This document shows positions 45,381-54,674 of a DNA stretch of 64,000 nt, one piece after another. The position numbers and the translations under genes are program-made. The stretch's first letter is position 1. Every line of letters begins with the position of its first letter. Origin of the DNA: a bacterium (GTDB lineage Bacteria; Zhuqueibacterota; QNDG01; JAGLOF01); contig JAGLOF010000052.1 of the NCBI GenBank assembly GCA_023139105.1, positions 13,825-77,824 of the forward strand. The letters are read 5' to 3'. Below the pieces are notes generated by a model that was not told the DNA's origin, made no database searches, and was given only the letters and a program-made list of their open reading frames with translations.

Positions 45381-46340
45381 ATGATGATGCGATATCTAGT
45401 GACCGGGGGTGCTGGATTTATCGGCTCCCATCTCTGTGAGCGCTTAATCGAAGAAGGTCATGACGTTGTTTGCTTAGATAATTTTAATGACTATTATGAT
45501 CCGAAGGTTAAACGCCAAAACATTGCGGGCTTGAAAGATCATGTCCGTTTCCGGCTTGTTGAGGGAGATATCCTTGATGAGCCGTCTGTACATTCTCTTT
45601 TTGAATCCTGTCTGTTCGATGTTGTAATACATCTTGCGGCCAGGGCCGGAGTACGTCCCTCTATTGAACAGCCAATGCTCTACCAGAAGGTGAATATTGA
45701 GGGTACAATGCAGCTTCTGGAAGCGGCTGTAAATAACGGCGTAGGACGTTTTGTAATGGCGTCTTCATCATCAATTTACGGTAATAATGAGAAAGTACCA
45801 TTTTCAGAAGATGACTCAGTTGATCATCCTATCTCTCCTTATGCGGCCACCAAAAAGGCTTGTGAACTCATCGGTTATACATATCACAAGTTATATGACT
45901 TGCCTGTAAGCTGTTTACGGTTTTTTACTGTATACGGTCCCCGTCAACGCCCTGATATGGCCATTCATAAATTTACACGCCTCATTACAGATGGTAAGAC
46001 TATTCCTGTATTTGGCGATGGCAGCAGCAGGCGTGATTACACTTATATTGATGATATTATTCAGGGGATTTGTCAGACCATTGAGCGTTGTAAGTCCTAT
46101 CATATATATAATTTGGGCGAAGCGCAGACTATTTCTCTACTCGATCTTATCCGTCTTATTGAAGAACACCTGGGAATGAAGGCTGTGATAGACTGGCAGA
46201 ATGATCAGCCCGGAGATGTTCGCATAACCTATGCAGATATTGGCAGAGCTGTTTCAGAACTTGGTTATAATCCACACACAAAAATAAGAGATGGTATTCC
46301 ACGTTTTATTGAATGGTTCAGGGCTACTCAGGGAGAATGA
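45381..46340 (+). CDS. NAD-dependent nucleotide-sugar epimerase (UDP-glucuronate 4-epimerase-like)
   Basis: YLVTGGAGFIGSHL, LDNFNDYYDPKVK, SSSSIYG, YAATKKACE (YxxxK). Confidence 0.85.
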   Translation: MMMRYLVTGGAGFIGSHLCERLIEEGHDVVCLDNFNDYYDPKVKRQNIAGLKDHVRFRLVEGDILDEPSVHSLFESCLFDVVIHLAARAGVRPSIEQPMLYQKVNIEGTMQLLEAAVNNGVGRFVMASSSSIYGNNEKVPFSEDDSVDHPISPYAATKKACELIGYTYHKLYDLPVSCLRFFTVYGPRQRPDMAIHKFTRLITDGKTIPVFGDGSSRRDYTYIDDIIQGICQTIERCKSYHIYNLGEAQTISLLDLIRLIEEHLGMKAVIDWQNDQPGDVRITYADIGRAVSELGYNPHTKIRDGIPRFIEWFRATQGE

Positions 46341-46346
46341 TGTTTT

Positions 46347-47792
46347 ATGGTTCGTGAAAAAGAAATATTTCTCATCCGTTTAATGAAGATTAGCGATGCG
46401 TTTATAATTGCGATATCATTTGTAGTAGCATACTTCATTACTCTCCTTTGTCGTGATTTATTTGATCTGGGCCCCTTGGCTTATTCGGAAACGGGTACTA
46501 CCGGATTTTTTTTAAAACATATCTGGCTGGTGTTAATGACTATACCGGCTTGGATTACGCTTATGTCTCTGGATTGTGTTTATTCCGAATTCAGGACCAA
46601 ATTATTTATTGAAATAGTGTGGCGAATAATTCGTACCGGCTTATTATCCATTCTCTTTCTGGGTAGTGGAGTATTTTTATTAAAACTTACTCAGGCAAGC
46701 CGTCTTTATGTTGGTATATTTGCAGCTACTGCACTTTTCTTTCTTGCAATAGAAAAGGCTATCTGGCGATGGTTATTGGATTATTCATTTCGCCAGGGTT
46801 ATAACCTGGTGCATCTTTTAATTGTTGGTACCGGAAAGAGAGCGCAAGATTTTGTAGATGTTGTGCGTGCTCATTCTAACTGGGGGCTTGAGATTGTAGG
46901 TTTGATAGATGATGATCCCAAGTTACTTGGAAAGAAAATTGGAAATTATGATGTAATCGGCAGAATTAGTGATATTCCACGCATAATCCGTGAACATGTT
47001 ATTGATCAAGTTGTTTTTGTTGTCCCACGCCTCTGGTTGAACAGGATTGAGGATGCAATATACTACTGCGAAAGAGAAGGCATTACTACATCTGTTTCAG
47101 TTGATCTTTATAAACCTAAACTGGCCAAACTTCATCAATCAGACTTTGCCGGTGTACCTTTGATAGTATATCAGACCTCAATGGCAAAAGAGTGGCAGCT
47201 CTATTTAAAACGTATACTTGATGTAACAATTGCTTTATGTGCTATATTATTCCTTTCTCCGTTATTATTATGCATGGCCATATTGATCCCCTTAACTTCT
47301 AAAGGACCACTTCTCTTCAGGCAGGTACGTTCAGGTCTCAATGGGCGTAAATTTACTTTATATAAATTCCGTTCCATGTTCCTGGGTTCGGAGATGAAGT
47401 TGAAGGGACTTGCAAAACAGAATGAGATGGATGGACCTGTATTTAAGATGAAATCTGATCCAAGAATTACTTCACTTGGTCGTTTTATGAGAAGACTTTC
47501 TATTGATGAGCTGCCGCAGTTATTTAATGTTCTTAAGGGTGATATGAGCCTTGTGGGACCGCGACCTCCTATTCCGACTGAAGTTGAGATGTACGAGAGC
47601 TGGCAGCGCCGGCGTCTGTCTATGAAACCGGGTCTGACATGTATCTGGCAGGTATCAGGACGTAATAATATTAATTTTGAAACCTGGATGGAGATGGATC
47701 TCCAGTACATTGATAGTTTTTCTCTATGGTTGGATTTGAAAATCCTTGTACGTACTTTTTTTGTTGTTCTTACTGGATATGGTGCTCAATAG
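46347..47792 (+). CDS. Polyprenyl-phosphate glycosylphosphotransferase (initiating sugar transferase, large WbaP/EpsB type)
   Basis: 481 aa. N-terminal TM bundle, central LLIVGTGKRAQ nucleotide-binding-like domain, and C-terminal Bac_transf domain (KRILDVTIALCAILFLSPLL..., FRSM, DELPQLFNVLKGDMSLVGPRPP). Confidence 0.9.
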   Translation: MVREKEIFLIRLMKISDAFIIAISFVVAYFITLLCRDLFDLGPLAYSETGTTGFFLKHIWLVLMTIPAWITLMSLDCVYSEFRTKLFIEIVWRIIRTGLLSILFLGSGVFLLKLTQASRLYVGIFAATALFFLAIEKAIWRWLLDYSFRQGYNLVHLLIVGTGKRAQDFVDVVRAHSNWGLEIVGLIDDDPKLLGKKIGNYDVIGRISDIPRIIREHVIDQVVFVVPRLWLNRIEDAIYYCEREGITTSVSVDLYKPKLAKLHQSDFAGVPLIVYQTSMAKEWQLYLKRILDVTIALCAILFLSPLLLCMAILIPLTSKGPLLFRQVRSGLNGRKFTLYKFRSMFLGSEMKLKGLAKQNEMDGPVFKMKSDPRITSLGRFMRRLSIDELPQLFNVLKGDMSLVGPRPPIPTEVEMYESWQRRRLSMKPGLTCIWQVSGRNNINFETWMEMDLQYIDSFSLWLDLKILVRTFFVVLTGYGAQ

Positions 47793-47826
47793 TTTTATAC
47801 AGAATTAGAGAGAGAATACTGCCTTT

Positions 47827-49002
47827 ATGAAAATTTTAATGATCGCGCCGCAGCCGATTTTTGAACCACGTGGGACTCCCCTTTCTGTGGTTGGTCGGCT
47901 TAAATCACTTTCAGATATGGGCCATGAGGTGGATCTGCTCACCTATCCCATCGGTGAGGATGTTCAGTTCCCCGGACTGCACTTGATGCGTACACTGCCG
48001 GTGCCTGGGATACGAAAGATTAAAATCGGCCCTTCCATTAAGAAGATTCCCCTGGATTTTTTGCTCATTAACAAGACTTTCGGCCGTCTTGTGGCTGGTA
48101 AATATGACTTAATTCATACCCATGAGGAAGCCGGTTTCTGGGGCACGCTGTTTTCACGCTGGTTCGGTATTCCGCATCTCTACGACATGCACTCCAGCCT
48201 GCCGCAGCAGCTTTCCAATTTTAAGTTCAGCAATTCAAAGCTACTCAAAAAAACCTTCGATGTGCTGGAAAATTGGGTGCTGAAGAAGAGTGAGTCCATC
48301 ATCACCATCTGCCCGGACCTTCGGGATCATGTGCTCACGGTGGTGCCTGAAAAGGGCTCTGAACTCATCGAAAATGTGGTGGATTACGGCATGGTGTTTG
48401 GCGAGGAGGATCGTTCCGAGGCCATTCGCCAAGAGCTGAATCTTGACGGCAAGACCGTGGCGCTTTACACCGGTACCTTCGAAACCTATCAGGGGCTGGA
48501 CATGTTGATTCAGTCTGCCCGTCTGGCTCTGGCCGAAGATGAGAAACTGATCTTCGTCCTTGTCGGCGGCCACGGGGACCAGGTCGACTACTATAAAAAA
48601 ATGGCTGAAGAGGCGGGCGTCCTGGACCGGATGATCTTTGTCGGACAGGTCCGTCCCAACGAAGTGAACAGTTATATCCGTGTTGCGGATATCTTGCTTT
48701 CACCCCGTACCCGCGGCACCAACACACCACTGAAAATTTACGCGTACTTTCGTTCGGGTGTGCCCATGGTGGCCACTCGCCTCTGGACGCACACGCAGGT
48801 CATGGACGATTCCGTTGCCATGCTGGTGGAGCCCGATCCACAGTCTTACGCCGAAGGCATCTTGACATTGATTGGTGATTCGCAACTTCGAAATAAAATC
48901 AGTAAAGCCGCAGTCGCACTGGCCGAATCTCAGTTTAGTTACGTGGCCTACAAAGCGAAATTCACCCGCGCCCTGAACCGCGCTGTGGGCAAAGAGGTTT
49001 AG
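47827..49002 (+). CDS. Glycosyltransferase family 4
   Basis: 391 aa. KILMIAPQPIFEPRGTPLSV N-terminus. The C-terminal half has the GT4 fold pattern (LYTGTFETYQGLD..., SPRTRGTNTPLKIYAYFRSGVPMVAT). Confidence 0.8.
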   Translation: MKILMIAPQPIFEPRGTPLSVVGRLKSLSDMGHEVDLLTYPIGEDVQFPGLHLMRTLPVPGIRKIKIGPSIKKIPLDFLLINKTFGRLVAGKYDLIHTHEEAGFWGTLFSRWFGIPHLYDMHSSLPQQLSNFKFSNSKLLKKTFDVLENWVLKKSESIITICPDLRDHVLTVVPEKGSELIENVVDYGMVFGEEDRSEAIRQELNLDGKTVALYTGTFETYQGLDMLIQSARLALAEDEKLIFVLVGGHGDQVDYYKKMAEEAGVLDRMIFVGQVRPNEVNSYIRVADILLSPRTRGTNTPLKIYAYFRSGVPMVATRLWTHTQVMDDSVAMLVEPDPQSYAEGILTLIGDSQLRNKISKAAVALAESQFSYVAYKAKFTRALNRAVGKEV

Positions 49003-49004
49003 CC

Positions 49005-50900
49005 ATGTGCGGCATTTGCGGAATTATCTATAAAGATCCCCAGCGGCGGCCTGATGCGGCCATGCTGGAGCGGATGAACGCCACCATCACCCATCGCGGA
49101 CCTGATGAGGACGGTCTCATCGTCACCGGTCAGGCGGGGCTGGCTATGCGTCGTCTCTCCATCATAGATCTCTCCACAGGCCAGCAGCCCATAGCCAATG
49201 AGGACAATACTGTCCATATCGTCTTCAACGGCGAGATCTATAACTTTGCGACCGTGAAAAGCGACCTCGAAGGCCTGGGCCATCACTTCAAGACCAAGGC
49301 CGACACGGAAGTTATTCTCCACGGCGCCGAAGCCTGGGGCAGGGATGTTGCCAAGCGGCTCAACGGCATGTTCGCTTTTGCCGTATGGGATGCAGGAACC
49401 CGCCGGTTACTACTCGGCCGCGACCGCCTGGGAATCAAGCCGCTTTATGTTTATGAAGATGACGAGAAACTGGTATTCGGCTCGGAGATTAAGGCTATTT
49501 TGGAGGCAGATGACCTCTCGCTCAGTCTGGATATTGAAGCTCTGAATAATTTTTTGACTTTTGAATATATACCCGCGCCGCGATCCATTTTTAAGGAGAT
49601 CCGAAAGCTGGAGCCGGGGCATACCCTGGTCATGGAAAATGGCCGAACCGTCACCGTCCCTTACTGGACATTGGAACCCACCGACGGCGTTATGTCCGAA
49701 GCAGAGGCCCGTGAGGAACTTTCGGCCACGCTGCAAGACGCGGTAAAGCTGCGTCTGCTCTCAGATGTACCTCTGGGGGCATTCCTCTCAGGCGGTATCG
49801 ACTCCTCTGTGATGGTGGCACTGATGGCCGGGTTGACCGACAGGCCGGTGAAGACATTCACTATCGGCTTCAAGGAAAGCTCATACAATGAATTAAAATA
49901 TGCCAAGGCCGTCTCTGAGATGTACGGCACAGAGCATCATGAATATATTTTAGAAGCCAATGCCCTGGATTTGACTGAAAAGCTCATGCGTCAGTTGGAT
50001 GAGCCCTTCGGTGATTTTTCGGTTTTTCCCACTTATATGGTTTCGCAGATTGCCAGGGAGAACGTCACTGTCGCGCTTTCCGGTGACGGCGGCGACGAAC
50101 TCTTTGCCGGATACGATACGTACAAGGCCCATAAATTTGATCGGGCAATTTACCACTGGCTGCCCAAGGTCGTGAAGCGTCACGGATTCGGCGCGCTGGC
50201 CCGCCGCCTTCCGCCCACGGCGCAGAAGAAGGGGCTGGTCAACAGCTTCAAACGTTTCATTCAAGGTTCGGAGCTGCCCAAGGAACTGCTACACACGCGT
50301 TGGATGACTTTTCTGGCAGAATCGGAACGTCAGCGGCTCTTTTCGGCTGGCACGCTGGAGGCTCTGTCCGGCACGGACAGCTTCGACTTCATCCGTCGCC
50401 ACGCCGCCTCTGTAGAAGGCTTGAATGATATTACACGCACAGGTTATGTGGACGTCAAAACCTATTTGACAGACAACATCTTAGTCAAGGTAGACCGTAT
50501 GTCCATGGTACCGTCACTGGAGGCCCGCGTACCATTTCTTGACCATCGTGTAGTAGAACTTGCGTTCCGTATGCCGCCAGCTTTAAAGATGCGCGGCTAT
50601 GACACAAAGTACATCCTCAAGAAGACCTTCTGGGATAAGCTGCCGATCGAGGTGCAGCGTCGTGGGAAACAGGGTTTTTCCATCCCCATCAAGGAGTGGC
50701 TCAAAGATGAGTTGAAACCCATGGCCACAGCCCTCTTCGATGAACGTCGGCTGAGGGAACAGGGATTGTTCGATCCGGCCTTTGTCGGGCAACTCATGGA
50801 TGAGCACTGCCGTAACGTGGATAATCACAGCCATAAGCTCTGGGCACTGATGGTTTTTCAGCAGTGGATGGATAATTACGGACATCATCTGACTAAGTAA
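49005..50900 (+). CDS. Asparagine synthase family (glutamine-hydrolysing) amidotransferase
   Basis: 631 aa. MCGICGII N-terminal nucleophile, GEIYNF, and SGGIDSS (the PP-loop). Confidence 0.9.
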   Translation: MCGICGIIYKDPQRRPDAAMLERMNATITHRGPDEDGLIVTGQAGLAMRRLSIIDLSTGQQPIANEDNTVHIVFNGEIYNFATVKSDLEGLGHHFKTKADTEVILHGAEAWGRDVAKRLNGMFAFAVWDAGTRRLLLGRDRLGIKPLYVYEDDEKLVFGSEIKAILEADDLSLSLDIEALNNFLTFEYIPAPRSIFKEIRKLEPGHTLVMENGRTVTVPYWTLEPTDGVMSEAEAREELSATLQDAVKLRLLSDVPLGAFLSGGIDSSVMVALMAGLTDRPVKTFTIGFKESSYNELKYAKAVSEMYGTEHHEYILEANALDLTEKLMRQLDEPFGDFSVFPTYMVSQIARENVTVALSGDGGDELFAGYDTYKAHKFDRAIYHWLPKVVKRHGFGALARRLPPTAQKKGLVNSFKRFIQGSELPKELLHTRWMTFLAESERQRLFSAGTLEALSGTDSFDFIRRHAASVEGLNDITRTGYVDVKTYLTDNILVKVDRMSMVPSLEARVPFLDHRVVELAFRMPPALKMRGYDTKYILKKTFWDKLPIEVQRRGKQGFSIPIKEWLKDELKPMATALFDERRLREQGLFDPAFVGQLMDEHCRNVDNHSHKLWALMVFQQWMDNYGHHLTK

Positions 50901-50933
50901 AAAGGCAAAAGTTAAAAGGCAAAAGTTAAAAGT
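50900..50933. repeat. 14-bp tandem repeat AAAAGGCAAAAGTT, about 2.4 copies, opening a roughly 110-bp purine-rich repeat tract
   Basis: Copies at 50900-50913 and 50914-50927, then a partial copy. It is followed by TAAGAACAAN x2 (50962-50981) and CACGGAA(A)T x2 (50993-51010). Confidence 0.9.
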
Positions 50934-51087
50934 ATAGAGCAAAGGGAAAAGCAAGAGCAAGTAAGAACAATTAAGAACAAGAGCTAATAGATCACGGAAT
51001 ACACGGAAATAATACAAAAACGATTGATCCGTTGTGTAAAACTATGCTAAGTGTATACTGTGTTTATTGGCTAATTTTTTTAAAAGC

Positions 51088-51171
51088 TGTCATTTCGAAC
51101 CCCGTTTTTTGGGGTGAGAAATCTTGTAGTTAAAGGTTTGTTATAAGATTTTCCCTACGGTCGAAATGACA
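51088..51171. repeat. Nested inverted-repeat element: 11-bp outer arms TGTCATTTCGA / TCGAAATGACA enclosing two hairpins
   Basis: The outer arms at 51088-51098 and 51161-51171 are perfect. The inner hairpins are ACCCC-GTTTTTT-GGGGT (51099-51115) and GAAATCTT...AAGATTTTC (51118-51153, one bulge). Confidence 0.8.
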
Positions 51172-51263
51172 AGAAAACAAGGATTTATCGTGTAATGAAT
51201 TTCAACTATATAAAAATTTTTTCACAATGTGTTAATTGAGCTTGAAAATAGATAGGATAATAC

Positions 51264-52049
51264 ATGACTAAGAGAGACAATACTTTACTTAAAGAGGCCA
51301 TCGGCCAATACTGGAATGAACATATCCACGATCTGGAAATCGTCAAGCATGATATCGGTACGCTGGGTTTTTTCGAGGATCTGGACGAGTACCGCTTTGA
51401 CAAGTTGCGCTATCTGCCGGAGTTGGTGGATTTCTCCTCATTCAAGGGCAAGACTGTGTTGGAGATTGGCTGCGGCGCGGGTATCGACCTGGCACGGTTT
51501 GCGGCTGGTGGGGCTATCGTGACCGGAATTGATCTCTCGCAGACTGCTATCGACCTGGCTCGGAAAAACTTTGAACTACGCGGCCTTAAAGGCACTTTCG
51601 TCGTCGCCGACGGAGAGGCTCTGGAGTATGCAGACGGCAGCTTCGATGTGGTCTACGTACACGGTGTGTTGCAGTACACGGCCGACGCCCGGCAGATGGC
51701 CCGTGAGGCCCATCGCGTGCTGAAGCCCGGCGGTCAGTTCATCGGTATGGTCTACAACAGGCAGGGCTGGCTCAATATAATGTCCAAGTTTTTTAAAGTA
51801 GAATTGGAGCATGAGGATGCACCAGTTCTGGATAAATATACAATCGGTGAGTTCAAGACAATTCTTACTGATTTTGATGATGTTAAGATTGTGCCTGAAC
51901 GTTTTCCTGTGAAATCACGGTTGCAGGGCGGGCTGAAAGGACTGCTCTTCAATACCTTTTTCGTCGGCACGTTCAACTTGATTCCCCGTCCGCTGGTGCG
52001 TCGCTGGGGATGGCATCTCATGGCCTTTGCCAATAAGGCAGTGAGGTAG
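51264..52049 (+). CDS. Class I SAM-dependent methyltransferase
   Basis: 261 aa. VLEIGCGAGIDLARFA (motif I), VYVHGVLQY, LKPGGQF. Confidence 0.85.
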   Translation: MTKRDNTLLKEAIGQYWNEHIHDLEIVKHDIGTLGFFEDLDEYRFDKLRYLPELVDFSSFKGKTVLEIGCGAGIDLARFAAGGAIVTGIDLSQTAIDLARKNFELRGLKGTFVVADGEALEYADGSFDVVYVHGVLQYTADARQMAREAHRVLKPGGQFIGMVYNRQGWLNIMSKFFKVELEHEDAPVLDKYTIGEFKTILTDFDDVKIVPERFPVKSRLQGGLKGLLFNTFFVGTFNLIPRPLVRRWGWHLMAFANKAVR

Positions 52050-52055
52050 AATGAT

Positions 52056-53687
52056 ATGAAGAGAGATTTGAAAGCACTGCAAAATACGGTTTTTGATGTG
52101 GTCATTGTTGGCGGTGGCATCTACGGCTGCGCCGCAGCGTGGGACGCGTCATTGCGCGGCATGAAAGTGGCACTTATCGAAAAAGGCGACTTTGGCGGTG
52201 CCACATCGTCCAATAGTTTGAAGACCATTCACGGCGGGCTGCGCTATCTGCAGACACTGGATCTCAAGCGTTTTCGGGAATCAGTGCGTGAGCGTAAAAT
52301 TCTCATGAAAATAGCCCCGCATCTTGTCCATCCACTGCCTGTGGCTATGCCCACTTATGGTCATTTCATGAAAGGGCCTGAGGTGATGTTTGCCGGTTTG
52401 ATGGCCAATGATGTGCTCAGTTGTGACCGCAACATCGGCATGGATACGCAGAAGCATCTGCCCAACGGCAAGGTGATCTCCCGTGAAGAATGTCTCAAAC
52501 GCGTACCGGGCATCGATCCCGCCAGAGTCAATGGTGCCGCTACATGGACCGATGCCATGGTCTACAGCTCCGAAAGGCTGACACTGGCCTATGTGCAGTC
52601 TGCGGTCTCACGTGGAGCCATCGCGGCAAATTATGTGCAGGCTCTCGGCATTATTGAAGAAAACGGCAGGGCCGCCGGTGTGAAGGTGAAAGACAGTCTC
52701 ACCGGTGAGGAATTTGAAATCAAGGCCCGCTCGGTGCTGAATACATCCGGTGCCTGGGTGGAGCAATTGGCCGATCAAAAGGATTTGTTCAAACTCTCCA
52801 CGGCTATGAATATTATCGTCAAACGTCACTTACTAAAAGGCAATGCAGCGGGCATCACGGCGCCTTACGAGTATACGCTGCCCGGCGGCGGAACCAATAA
52901 GGGGCGGCATGTGCTCTTTGTCTCTCCGTGGCGGGAGTATACCATCATAGGCACCTATCATAGGCCCTATATCGGTGATCCCGATAAAATGACGGTGACG
53001 CGTGAAGAAGTCGAAGCTTTCTTAAAAGAGGTCAACGCCGGGTATCCCGGTGATCCCATTAGTATTGATGAGGTGACATTTGTCCACAAGGGCTTCCTGC
53101 CCATGGACGGCGTGAATCCGGAAACCGGTGAAGTGAACCTCTGTAAACATTATAAATTTGCTCATGCCGGCAGCGGTACTGAAGGACTGATAACGCTGGC
53201 TGGCGTGAAATATACCACGGCACGTGACGTGGCCATGAAGGCCATCGATCGTGTAGCGCACACTATCAGTGGGTCATGGAAATCATGTGCTACTGCCAGT
53301 ACCAGGCTTTACGGCGGAGAAATTGATTCATTTGAATCCTTTGCCTCGGATGTGAAGAGTAAGGCACCGGCAGGCTCGGCAGAACATCTGGCTAAATGTT
53401 ATGGCACTGCAGCATATTCGCTTCTGTCCTATCCGTCGGATCTGTTGGATATCGTCCCCGGATCAGCAGAAGTACTGAAAGCAGAAATTGTACATTCGGT
53501 TCGTCAGGAGATGGCCGTGACATTGGCCGATATCATCCTCCGGCGTACGGATCTGGGCTCCGGCGAGTATCCCGGCGATGAGACGCTGAAGGCTGTTGCG
53601 AAAATTATGGGCAGTGAGCTGGACTGGAATAAATCGCGTATCGCCAAAGAGATCGAGTCCACGCGGTCTCGCTATTTCGGGATTTAG
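52056..53687 (+). CDS. FAD-dependent oxidoreductase of the glycerol-3-phosphate dehydrogenase/oxidase (GlpD/GlpO) family
   Basis: 543 aa. FDVVIVGGGIYGCAAAWDASLRGMKVALIEKGDFGGATSSNSLKTIHGGLRYL is close to the GlpD N-terminal consensus. Confidence 0.8.
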   Translation: MKRDLKALQNTVFDVVIVGGGIYGCAAAWDASLRGMKVALIEKGDFGGATSSNSLKTIHGGLRYLQTLDLKRFRESVRERKILMKIAPHLVHPLPVAMPTYGHFMKGPEVMFAGLMANDVLSCDRNIGMDTQKHLPNGKVISREECLKRVPGIDPARVNGAATWTDAMVYSSERLTLAYVQSAVSRGAIAANYVQALGIIEENGRAAGVKVKDSLTGEEFEIKARSVLNTSGAWVEQLADQKDLFKLSTAMNIIVKRHLLKGNAAGITAPYEYTLPGGGTNKGRHVLFVSPWREYTIIGTYHRPYIGDPDKMTVTREEVEAFLKEVNAGYPGDPISIDEVTFVHKGFLPMDGVNPETGEVNLCKHYKFAHAGSGTEGLITLAGVKYTTARDVAMKAIDRVAHTISGSWKSCATASTRLYGGEIDSFESFASDVKSKAPAGSAEHLAKCYGTAAYSLLSYPSDLLDIVPGSAEVLKAEIVHSVRQEMAVTLADIILRRTDLGSGEYPGDETLKAVAKIMGSELDWNKSRIAKEIESTRSRYFGI

Positions 53688-53690
53688 CGG

Positions 53691-54671
53691 GTGCGGAGTC
53701 CATGGCAACATCGCAAGGCACTGGGCCGGCTGGCGCAGATTACCTGGAATTACGGCCTGCTCCGTCGTGAGGCTGTAAATTATGCACCCTATCGTCTGTG
53801 GGTGGAGCCGACGAGCCGATGCAACCTGGCCTGCACCATGTGTCCCAACAAGGATTTCCCTGAATCGGACCTTGGTTTCATGGATATGGCACTCTATCGG
53901 CAGATCATCGATGAGGCCAAAGACTTCGTCCACGACATCAACCTGCACCACCGGGGCGAGTCCACGCTTCATCCGGAGTTGCCGGAGATGATTGGCTACG
54001 CCGATGCCGCCGGCATGAAGGTGAAGCTCCACACCAACGGCACCACGCTGACGGAAGCGCTGTCGGAAAAGCTGCTTTCATCGGGACTGCGCCTGATCTC
54101 ATTTTCTTTCGATGGGTACACGGCACAGACCTATGAGTCCATCCGTGTGCGTGCCAATTTTGAACGGACGCTGGGTAATATTCATCGCTTTCTGGAGATG
54201 CGCCGTGAGCGGGGCGTGGCCAGGCTGCGTGCGGTGATGGAAGTCATCGACTTTGATGCTGTGCGTCAGGATTCAGCGGCCAGGGAGGCTTTCGTCCACG
54301 GATTAAAGTCAAGAGGCCTTGACCGGCTCATCATTAAACCGCCTCACAACTGGGCGGGAAATGTGTCTTTGGAGACCGGGGAGACGGTGTCGTTTTCGCC
54401 GTGTACATTTCCATGGCACGCATTGGTGATCTGCTGGGACGGCAAGACGGGGAGCTGTCCCCATGACTTTTTCGCCAAGATTGAGTACGGCAATGTAAAA
54501 GATCAGTCGTTGAAAGAATTGTTTAATAGTGAGGGTATCCGGCAACTTCGTCGCCAGATGCTATCAAAAAATATAAATCAGATCGACTCGCCCTGCCGGG
54601 AGTGTGACTCTATCAGGCGCAAACGCCTTTTGGGTATTCCGGTATCGAGTCTTAAATATTTGAGAGATTAG
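53691..54671 (+). CDS. Radical SAM enzyme with a C-terminal SPASM/twitch-type Cys-rich domain
   Basis: 326 aa with a GTG start. EPTSRCNLACTMCPN (CxxxCxxC). The C-terminal cysteines are CTFPWHALVICWDGKTGSCPHD and SPCRECDS. Confidence 0.85.
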   Translation: MRSPWQHRKALGRLAQITWNYGLLRREAVNYAPYRLWVEPTSRCNLACTMCPNKDFPESDLGFMDMALYRQIIDEAKDFVHDINLHHRGESTLHPELPEMIGYADAAGMKVKLHTNGTTLTEALSEKLLSSGLRLISFSFDGYTAQTYESIRVRANFERTLGNIHRFLEMRRERGVARLRAVMEVIDFDAVRQDSAAREAFVHGLKSRGLDRLIIKPPHNWAGNVSLETGETVSFSPCTFPWHALVICWDGKTGSCPHDFFAKIEYGNVKDQSLKELFNSEGIRQLRRQMLSKNINQIDSPCRECDSIRRKRLLGIPVSSLKYLRD

Positions 54672-54674
54672 TCT

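Noticed and set aside
51044-51133. 29-aa Cys-containing ORF (MLSVYCVYWLIFLKAVISNPVFWGEKSCS) as a possible RiPP precursor for the downstream radical SAM/SPASM enzyme.
   Set aside because: It has no ribosome-binding site. It lies 2.5 kb and two genes away from the radical SAM gene. Its second half is simply the translation of the nested inverted-repeat element (51088-51171). No RRE or leader-recognition protein or peptidase is present.
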